A stretch of DNA of 16,510 nucleotides from Candidatus Wukongarchaeum yapensis (GTDB lineage: Archaea > Asgardarchaeota > Wukongarchaeia > Wukongarchaeales > Wukongarchaeaceae). Positions 8,555-14,862 of this stretch are shown here, piece after piece. The notes below the pieces were generated by a model. That model did no database searches, had not been told where the DNA came from, and saw only the letters and a program-made list of their open reading frames with translations. The stretch spans positions 1 to 16,510 of the forward strand of contig JAEOSI010000024.1 in the NCBI GenBank assembly GCA_016840425.1, read 5' to 3'. The translations under genes were made by a program, and so were the position numbers. How positions within the stretch are numbered: position 1 is the stretch's first letter; each line of letters begins with the position of its first letter.

Positions 8555-9439
8555 TTGTCGCATTATCGGGGATTAAGTTTGGGATCAAAACTTAAACCTA
8601 AATTAATTAGATATTTAAAAGGTACAATACCTGAACCACTTTTAGGTTTTTTACCCCGTGGCTATGCGAAGATTGGGCATGTTATGATTGTAAATATTCC
8701 TGAAATCTTGAAGAATTACGAGGTGGAAATTGCAGAAATTCTTTTGAAAATGGGGGCTTTTTCTGGTATTAAAACTGTGGCAAAAAAAGCAGGACGTACT
8801 AAAGGAATTTACCGAATGCCACAAATTAAAGTTTTAGCGGGAGAAAAACAAACAGAAACTCTCCATAGAGAAAATGACACAATGTTTAAGTTAGATCCTG
8901 CAAGAATAACTTTCTCTCCTGGTAACCATAATGAAAGGAAACGTATGATAGATATTGCAAATAACTACGAAACTATCGTTGATCTATTTGCATGTGTAGG
9001 AAATCTTTCATTGCCTATTGCAGTTCATAAGAACGTCATTATATATGCTATCGAAAAAAATCCAGAAGCCTATAAATATCTTTTAGAAAATATAAAAATA
9101 AACAAATTAGAAAATAGAGTGATACCCCTTTTTGGAGATAATAGAGATGTGACTCCTAAAAATGTCGCTGATAGAGTTATAATGGGTTACTTATATCCGA
9201 CAATAGATCAATTAGAAATAGGGATTAAAGCTCTCAAGAATATTAAAGGGGGATGGATACACTTCCATATAGCTAAACCATTGAACAAATTAAAAGAACC
9301 AGAAACACTGGTAAAAAAAGTTTCAAATAAACTTGAATACGACGTATGTTACATTAAAAAATTGCGTGTAAAACATTATGCCCCAAGTATAGAGCATCTA
9401 GTTTTAGATGTAAATTTAAAACCAAGAACAACAATATAG
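8555..9439 (+). CDS. taw2: Trm5/TYW2-family class I SAM enzyme, most likely Taw2 wyosine aminocarboxypropyltransferase
   Basis: FKLDPARITFSPGNHNER, VDLFACVGNLSLP, AIEKNPEAYKYL, RVIMGY, WIHFH. Assignment to Taw2 rather than Trm5 rests on the MGY and HxH motifs. Confidence 0.75.
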   Translation: MSHYRGLSLGSKLKPKLIRYLKGTIPEPLLGFLPRGYAKIGHVMIVNIPEILKNYEVEIAEILLKMGAFSGIKTVAKKAGRTKGIYRMPQIKVLAGEKQTETLHRENDTMFKLDPARITFSPGNHNERKRMIDIANNYETIVDLFACVGNLSLPIAVHKNVIIYAIEKNPEAYKYLLENIKINKLENRVIPLFGDNRDVTPKNVADRVIMGYLYPTIDQLEIGIKALKNIKGGWIHFHIAKPLNKLKEPETLVKKVSNKLEYDVCYIKKLRVKHYAPSIEHLVLDVNLKPRTTI

Positions 9440-9440
9440 G

Positions 9441-9830
9441 TTAATCTTTTTTGCTTCTTAGTGCTAAAATGGCCTTTGCTGGTTCACCTTTTGCTTCTTC
9501 CAATGCTCGATGCGCTTCTTCCATTGATACGCCTGTTTGTTGAGCCACGAGTTTAATATCTTCTTCAGGGATCTCTACTATCTCTTCTTCATCGGAAGAT
9601 ACCGTAGCAGTATCTAAAGCTTCAGCCGGTGTGCTTTTTTGCAAAGTTACTGAAGCGCCAGTTATTTGAAAGATCTCTTGAGGTCCCATGCGAACTCTCA
9701 CAACCTGCGGGTTAGAAATTACAATCTCATCCCCGCTCATTAATCTAATAATAACTTCCAAGGCTCCCTCAATTGGTTCAGTTTTAGCTTTCTTCATCAT
9801 TTTTTTCATCATACGGCGATCTCTACGCAC
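9441..9830 (-). CDS. nac: Nascent polypeptide-associated complex protein (aeNAC)
   Basis: RMMKKMM, NAC barrel (EVII...IVISNPQV...FQITG), UBA domain EEDIKLVAQQTGVS.EEA..ALEEAKGEPAKAIL. Confidence 0.95.
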   Translation of the reverse strand: MRRDRRMMKKMMKKAKTEPIEGALEVIIRLMSGDEIVISNPQVVRVRMGPQEIFQITGASVTLQKSTPAEALDTATVSSDEEEIVEIPEEDIKLVAQQTGVSMEEAHRALEEAKGEPAKAILALRSKKD

Positions 9831-9984
9831 GATCCTTGTCCCCCAAATTTCTTATAAAAATTTACAGAATTATTGAATTGATTTAATGTTTTAAGGGCTT
9901 AATGTTGCCCTTATAACAAAAAAGTGATAAAAAGCTCTTTTTGTCTTCCTCTAGGCGGTTTTTTGATTTCTTTTGTGTTTTTTA

Positions 9985-10734
9985 TTATTCCTTTTCTTTC
10001 TTGGGCACTAGTTCAGTTACCATGGAGATCTCTGGAGTTAGTTCTATCTCCTCTTCGCCGAGTTTTTTCCCTTTTTTCTCTAATTTGGCTTTTATTTTCT
10101 TCAATCTTGTGAATGATTGTCTTTCTTGTTCTGATAGTTGTAACTGAATATAGTTTATAGTGGTTACTAAACGAGGTATCATGATGTAATTTAAAGCGTT
10201 CACTCTGCGCCTAGTTTCACTAATTTCTCTCGCCAAGCGTATCAAGGCACCTTGAACTTCTGCAAGTTTAACTATTTGATCCATCGCCTTCCTAAATCGC
10301 TCTATTGCCTCATCTAACTTCACAGAAGTATCGACAAAACTATAAAATAACTTCTCTTCTTCTTTTTCTCCGCTTAAAAATCTTAATAATGGCACTCGTA
10401 CACCCATTATGCTCTTAGTTTGAACTGAAACCTCCGCGATATGTGGCGCAGAAAGTGCTATTTCTCGTATCTTCATTGGACCTAAGACCATCTTCGCTTC
10501 AGTTAGTGCCAGAAAAGCTTCTTGTAATCCTTCCTGAACCGATTTTCTAACCTTATCAAAATCCTCAAGAATCTCAAAAAAATGCATAATCAAAGCATCC
10601 ATTTTTTCACGGAGTAAATCATGTCCTTTTTGAGCAAGATTTCGCCTAATCTTTAAAGCAAGCAATTCCATCCTTGTTGCTTGTACTCCTTCTATTACTT
10701 CGCTACTCAAAAGTAAATCCCACCAATTATCCAC
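9985..10734 (-). CDS. atpD: A/V-type ATP synthase subunit D; real start probably TTG 10710
   Basis: ATRMELL..K......KGHDLLREKMDAL, SIMGVRVP, ETRRRVNALNYIMIP, EQERQSFTRLKKIK. An SD-like GGTGGGA precedes TTG 10710. Confidence 0.95.
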   Translation of the reverse strand: MDNWWDLLLSSEVIEGVQATRMELLALKIRRNLAQKGHDLLREKMDALIMHFFEILEDFDKVRKSVQEGLQEAFLALTEAKMVLGPMKIREIALSAPHIAEVSVQTKSIMGVRVPLLRFLSGEKEEEKLFYSFVDTSVKLDEAIERFRKAMDQIVKLAEVQGALIRLAREISETRRRVNALNYIMIPRLVTTINYIQLQLSEQERQSFTRLKKIKAKLEKKGKKLGEEEIELTPEISMVTELVPKKEKE

Positions 10735-10823
10735 CAGATCTTATCAGATTATTAAGAAATTAAACTGTTGATTTTGAAATGTTTTTTAATAAAAATTACC
10801 CTTTATAAAATTGTTTCACGTTA

Positions 10824-10833
10824 TTTTTAAAAA
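10824..10833 (+). promoter_or_regulatory. Candidate original TATA box of the tRNA-Leu gene
   Basis: tttttaaaaa ends ~35 nt upstream of the tRNA-derived 14-mer at 10868. The region is AT-rich, so support is weak. Confidence 0.3.
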
Positions 10834-10867
10834 CGTTTTGTCATTATTATCTTATATGAAGCTAGGC

Positions 10868-10881
10868 GCGGGGGTGGCCGA
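10868..10881 (+). repeat. Left copy of a 14-bp direct repeat gcgggggtggccga (= tRNA-Leu nt 1-14)
   Basis: Exact match to 13116-13129 with no extension on either side; a GC-rich island in an AT-rich context. Confidence 0.93.
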
Positions 10882-11176
10882 TTTTTCTTTGAGTTGTTTT
10901 CTATTGTGTTTTTGTTGTTTTTCTTCTTTTTCCGCTGTGTTTTTTCGTTTTTCTGCTTTGAAAACGGGTTTTTGATTTTGATACCTTTCTTATAATGCGT
11001 TTATTTTTGTTTTTATTTTTTAGGAGTGTTTTCGTTTTACATGATTTTTTAATGGTTTGTGGATTTCTCTTATTTCGTGTTTTTTTGATTTTTTCCTCGT
11101 TTTTTGCTCTTTTTTGATCTCTTTTTTTCTTGTTTTATGCTTGGAAAACAGGTTGTTTTTCGTTTTTCATTTTTTT
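10882..11176 (+). other. Low-complexity, strand-biased T-rich tract (~60% T on the + strand)
   Basis: Counted 35/60 T in 10921-10980 and 36/60 T in 10981-11040, with many T4-T7 runs. Starts at the first base after the left direct repeat. Confidence 0.85.
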
Positions 11177-11210
11177 AAAGCCTAATATATTCACTTTTAC
11201 CCCCTCTCCA

Positions 11211-11261
11211 TAAAGTTTATATATGGCATATAGTATATGTATGATCTATCTTTAATGGGGT
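11211..11261 (+). promoter_or_regulatory. Promoter and SD of the TnpB-like gene
   Basis: TATA tttatata at 11216-11223 preceded by purine-rich taaag; SD ggggt at 11257-11261, 7 nt before ATG 11269. Confidence 0.55.
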
Positions 11262-11268
11262 AAAAATT

Positions 11269-13116
11269 ATGCGAAGAACGGTAACAGAATTAGTGTGTTT
11301 AACCTTTCAAAGCAAACTTTTGGAGGTAGCAGAAAAAGAAAGAGTTAAGATTGATGATCTTATGAGACGTTTTCAATCCGCTAAAAGAACCGCTTTCAAA
11401 AGGCTCGTAGAAGGTTTGAAAAAGAGCAAGGAGATAGAAAAAGAGCTTGTAGAGAAATTTATTCTAAATTCTGGATTTGCAAGGTCTGCTATTTCTGATG
11501 CGAAAGCTATAATGGATAGTCAAAAGGAACTACTATCTTACTATGTTCAAAATTATGAGGGAAAGATAAGAAAGAGCAAGAAAAAGCTGGAAAAATGTCG
11601 TTCTGAACTGAAGGGGAAGGGTTTACTTTCCAGAATAATGAAGTATGAGGGGAAGAGAGATCTCCTAAAACAGCATTTAGAGAATGAGACTATTCCTAAG
11701 ATGATTTTTGGGAGGAGAAGTAATTTTGAGCTTCTTTTAAAGGGAAAGATTTCGAGGGAAGAATGGAGAGAATTGAGGATAAACCAAGTTTACAGCAAAG
11801 GCAATGCTTATCACAAAGGTAACCGAAACTTGAGGGTTACTTATGAAGAAAGTGAAAAACAGTTTTTTCTATGTATAAATTATCCTCCCAAAGAAAGGGG
11901 GAAAAGGGGTATAAAGCAGAGATACAAGCTTTTTGTTCCAGAGTTTTTTAAACCTTATATCTTATCCAGTCTTGAACTCGTGAAAAAAGTTGTTGGAAAA
12001 AAGAAAGAGATTGTTTATGCTACTAAAAAACCGCACACAGTAAGAGTGATTCGGAAGAAAGGAGGGGAGTATTATGTTTATATAACAATAGAGATTTCTT
12101 GTCCAGATGAATCCCTCTCAAATGCTAATGAAAAGGGCTTGTTGGGCTTAGATCTTAATGCTAAGGGTATAGGAGCAGTAATAGTTCTGCCCAAAGGTAA
12201 CTTAAAAGCGCACAGATGGTTTCCGTGTCACGAACTTTTATACGCAAGAAGTGAAAAACGTTCTAACTTGATAGGAAACCTCGTGGTTAAGGTTTTCAGG
12301 TGGGCTAAAAGATTCGGCGTAAATACTGTTGTTTCTGAAAGTTTTAACCCGTTTAAAAAAGACCACGATACCAATGTAAAATACAACCGTGCAACAGTCA
12401 ACTTTTGCAAAGAGAAAATGGTTAAAACCGTTAAGAGTAGAGCCGCAAAAGAGAGTTTTGTTCACATAGAAGTTTTTTCCGCCTATAGCTCTATAATAGG
12501 GGAGATAAAATATCAAAAAATGTACGGCTTGAACGGTCACGAAGCTGCTGCTTTTATTATCGGGAGAAGGGGATTAGGATACAACAAAGAAAACATCCCG
12601 AAAGAGTTTAAAAAGAGTTTAAAGCCAGAGGGGCGTCGCCGATGGAAGGATGACGCTGATCCTTTGGCGAGCATCTGCCGCCAGTGGGGCGGTCTATGGA
12701 AACAAGTTTCGAAGATAAAAAACAGTTTCTTCGAAACAACAGGGGAGATACCTTTTAACCTTCGCCGGTTCTTTAGGCATCTCCTAATTAAGAGTAGTGG
12801 CGCTAACAGCGCGCTTCAGCTCGCGCTCTCCTACATTGTGAAAAAAGGAGAGACGGAAGTAGAGGATATAACCGACCCGTCTTCGGGATTCCGATCCTAC
12901 CTCGACGACTTACTAGCCTGTTCGATTCTCGAAAACGCTGAAGAACTACGTGAGAATCGTAGCACTAGGCGCAAACAGCTACTATGCGCTGTCGTAGACT
13001 TTATAAAGAATGAAGGACTTTTTGCCTTCAAACGTCTACGATCCGAAGAAAACACCCTCAAAGGATCAAAGCCTCTAAAACGCCTCGTAGAGGCTTGTGT
13101 GGGCGTTTTTGAGTAG
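11269..13116 (+). CDS. tnpB: IS200/IS605-accessory TnpB-related RuvC protein (Cas12f/TnpB superfamily), 615 aa with a long C-terminal extension
   Basis: Family motifs DLMRRFQSAKRTAFKRL, PKMIFG, YSKG...KGNRNLR, YVYITIE; RuvC-I GLDLN; LLYARSEKR; RuvC-II VVSESF; AYSSIIG; RuvC-III HEAAAFIIGRRG. No Zn-finger cysteines between RuvC-II and RuvC-III. Confidence 0.88.
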   Translation: MRRTVTELVCLTFQSKLLEVAEKERVKIDDLMRRFQSAKRTAFKRLVEGLKKSKEIEKELVEKFILNSGFARSAISDAKAIMDSQKELLSYYVQNYEGKIRKSKKKLEKCRSELKGKGLLSRIMKYEGKRDLLKQHLENETIPKMIFGRRSNFELLLKGKISREEWRELRINQVYSKGNAYHKGNRNLRVTYEESEKQFFLCINYPPKERGKRGIKQRYKLFVPEFFKPYILSSLELVKKVVGKKKEIVYATKKPHTVRVIRKKGGEYYVYITIEISCPDESLSNANEKGLLGLDLNAKGIGAVIVLPKGNLKAHRWFPCHELLYARSEKRSNLIGNLVVKVFRWAKRFGVNTVVSESFNPFKKDHDTNVKYNRATVNFCKEKMVKTVKSRAAKESFVHIEVFSAYSSIIGEIKYQKMYGLNGHEAAAFIIGRRGLGYNKENIPKEFKKSLKPEGRRRWKDDADPLASICRQWGGLWKQVSKIKNSFFETTGEIPFNLRRFFRHLLIKSSGANSALQLALSYIVKKGETEVEDITDPSSGFRSYLDDLLACSILENAEELRENRSTRRKQLLCAVVDFIKNEGLFAFKRLRSEENTLKGSKPLKRLVEACVGVFE

Positions 13117-13139
13117 CGGGGGTGGCCGAGCCCGGTCAA
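12630..13139 (+). ncRNA. Putative omegaRNA-like scaffold (to 13115) plus tRNA-derived guide
   Basis: GC shift and a dense set of perfect stems (12923-30/12952-59, 12992-99/13034-41, 13011-16/13025-30, 13069-77/13088-96, 12808-13/12822-27), located where TnpB omegaRNAs lie. The 5' boundary is uncertain. Confidence 0.55.
13116..13129 (+). repeat. Right copy of the 14-bp direct repeat (start of the intact tRNA-Leu)
   Basis: Identical to 10868-10881. Confidence 0.93.
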
Positions 13140-13256
13140 AGGTGTTGTGGGTCAGATGCTGGCTTTAGGCGCCAGACTTAAGATCTGGTGGCGTAGACAC
13201 GCCATTAAAACGAAACGTGGCGCAAGCCTCCGCGGGTTCAAATCCCGTCCCCCGCA
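13116..13256 (+). tRNA. tRNA-Leu(TAA) with two non-canonical introns: 13140-13166 (position 21/22) and 13197-13225 (variable-arm loop); 85 nt mature, CCA not encoded
   Basis: Acceptor GCGGGGG/CCCCCGC, A73; anticodon arm CCAGA-CT-TAA-GA-TCTGG (anticodon 13179-13181); T arm GCGGG-TTCAAAT-CCCGT. Both introns fold into BHB motifs. Confidence 0.92.
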
Positions 13257-13372
13257 TTACATATTATTATAATAGGAAAACTTAGTAAAATGCAAAAAAC
13301 TAAAAACTGGTGGAAAAGCTCGGTAAGAAAAAGGAAAGATTTTAACAAATTAAAAACTATTTATTACTGGTT

Positions 13373-13473
13373 GCCCCGGTAGCTCAGCCTGGTTAGAGCG
13401 ACTCCTTGGTATTAAATAAAATATAAAATTAGCAAAAAGGAGTAGGTCGTGGGTTCGAATCCCATCCGGGGCT
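13373..13473 (+). tRNA. tRNA-Thr(GGT) with a canonical 37/38 intron (13412-13437, 26 nt)
   Basis: Acceptor GCCCCGG/CCGGGGC, U73; D arm GCTC/GAGC; anticodon stem ACTCC/GGAGT; T loop TTCGAAT; relaxed BHB (one mismatch in the central helix). Confidence 0.93.
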
Positions 13474-13505
13474 TTACTCCTATTTTTGATTTATATTAAC
13501 TATTT

Positions 13506-14105
13506 CTAACTGTCTAAAACTCCTTTGTAGAAAAATGGTTCAAAAGGAAAGGGGTTTTTTACAGCCATCATAAAGGTAACAAAAAATGCCGCTGTCCAAA
13601 GAATGTATACAATTGCTGGCGTTTTTGTAAGTGTAATCGAGTCGCCCAATAGTCCCGGTATGCCTGAAAATCCCGTATAAATCCATATTTCCGACCTAAC
13701 GCAAACAAACTCAAAAAACACACTATATATCCCTGACATAAACGCGCCTAAAACTCCAACTTTTAAATAACCCTCATCTAAGTCTCTTACAATTTTATAA
13801 GCTACCATCGCAAATAATGCAAAAAGGAATCCCCAACCAAAAGCAATGCACAAAGGCGAAGAAAAGTAATAATCTTCAGGAATATGAGGCTTTGGATAAT
13901 AAAACGCCTTTATATAAAGCCCCGCTAAACACTCTAGAAAAAACCCTAACATAGTTCCATAAACGAAAACATTAAACAAAAAATTTTTAATTTTAATAGA
14001 TACACCGCCTAAAAACAAGATTACTAATAATGTTAAGATCCATCCTCCATAGATAATAAAATCCAAAAGAAAATTTACTGTAGTTCCATCCATAACATAA
14101 TCCAC
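13506..14105 (-). CDS. Multi-pass membrane protein with an internal two-fold repeat, possibly CruF/DUF422- or DUF2878-like
   Basis: About 5-6 hydrophobic segments; the unit F-x-E...[FW]-x-Y...P-x5-W occurs twice. Confidence 0.5.
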   Translation of the reverse strand: MDYVMDGTTVNFLLDFIIYGGWILTLLVILFLGGVSIKIKNFLFNVFVYGTMLGFFLECLAGLYIKAFYYPKPHIPEDYYFSSPLCIAFGWGFLFALFAMVAYKIVRDLDEGYLKVGVLGAFMSGIYSVFFEFVCVRSEIWIYTGFSGIPGLLGDSITLTKTPAIVYILWTAAFFVTFMMAVKNPFPFEPFFYKGVLDS

Positions 14106-14135
14106 CTAAAAATAAACAAGAATTTACGATTTTTA

Positions 14136-14861
14136 TTACTCATAATTCCAATTTTTCAAAATTCGGAATTTACATCCTGAAAATCCTTCAGAAACACACT
14201 CAATTTCTTCAACGATAAATTTGCAACCAAAGCTCTCAAAAACTCCTTCAGCAAAGCCGTTTACTGCGTTGCATGCATATGCTATCTTCGAATAGTAATG
14301 ACCACTAGGAACCAAAACAATATAACCAGCAGGGACCCGTTTAATCTTTATTCTGTTGTGTAGTAATCCGTAAGGAAAAGCAAATTTTATCAGATCTTTT
14401 TCATCCTTTATCCGATAATTTATTGGCATCATTTCCCTTGCAACAAAAGCCGTTACTAAAGTTGCTGGAATTAATCCTACTAAGTAAAACTTTGGCTCCC
14501 AAAACATAAGCGTTACTAACATCATCCAAAGATATGCCAAAAGAATGAAAAAATATCGATGTTTTTTAATAGAAAAGTTATGTCTTACCCATGCTTTTCC
14601 CGCATTAAAACCAGAATTTTTTATTTTTTTTCTTGGAGAATCCTCGATTATTAACGGTATGTGCTCAAATAAGGCAATAATTTGCGGTGCCACCGCATTT
14701 TTAAAAGGAGTCTTATAAGAAAACATAGGGTTATGTAACAATTGTATAGAAACAATAATAGCCAAGGTTAAAAGAAAAGAAATTGTAATAATTAAGCCGT
14801 AATCTAAACCCCTAATTTTTTCTTCAAAACTATCAATCATTTTTATTCCTCCAATCTCCAT
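14136..14861 (-). CDS. Membrane protein with a C-terminal V4R-like domain; real start probably ATG 14840
   Basis: Three TM segments; C-terminal C-x4-G-x2-EG-x-F...EEIEC-x6-CKF V4R signature; GGAGG precedes ATG 14840. Confidence 0.7.
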   Translation of the reverse strand: MEIGGIKMIDSFEEKIRGLDYGLIITISFLLTLAIIVSIQLLHNPMFSYKTPFKNAVAPQIIALFEHIPLIIEDSPRKKIKNSGFNAGKAWVRHNFSIKKHRYFFILLAYLWMMLVTLMFWEPKFYLVGLIPATLVTAFVAREMMPINYRIKDEKDLIKFAFPYGLLHNRIKIKRVPAGYIVLVPSGHYYSKIAYACNAVNGFAEGVFESFGCKFIVEEIECVSEGFSGCKFRILKNWNYE

Positions 14862-14862
14862 A

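Larger units (their letters stand above)
10882..13115 (+). mobile_element. Non-autonomous TnpB-like element (2234 bp) inserted in the 5' end of tRNA-Leu
   Basis: Bounded by the 14-bp direct repeat; contains one RuvC ORF and no transposase or integrase; no terminal inverted repeats seen. Confidence 0.7.

Noticed and set aside
10901-11170. Minus-strand Lys/Arg-rich frame (MKNEKQPVFQA*NKKKRDQ...) resembling a basic DNA-binding protein
   Set aside because: There is an in-frame TAA at codon 12, and an A-rich strand lacks stop codons by composition, so long open frames are expected.
12860-12915. Words resembling group I intron S (aggatataacc) and R (tcgacgactta) elements, suggesting an IStron
   Set aside because: The order is reversed (S before R), no convincing P7 pairing was found, and excision would leave a duplicated tRNA start rather than restore an exon.
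12965-12972. ctaggcgc in the structured region is identical to 10862-10869 (candidate TAM junction)
   Set aside because: Only 8 nt, and ctaggcg also occurs at 9951, so this is compatible with chance.
10868-13129. Casposon or DDE transposon explanation for a 14-bp duplication in a tRNA gene
   Set aside because: No terminal inverted repeats (left ttttt ctttgag, right ...tttttgagta), no Cas1/casposase, polymerase or DDE gene. It cannot be excluded for a trans-acting enzyme.
9688-13139. ORF-track calls 9688-9876, 9924-10112, 9941-10147, 12228-12410, 12238-12540, 12897-13139
   Set aside because: They are antisense to nac, atpD or the tnpB-like gene, or run into the tRNA, and have no start signals or homology cues.
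11269-13500. Type V CRISPR-Cas locus
   Set aside because: No repeat-spacer array or cas1/cas2/cas4 is visible in the window.
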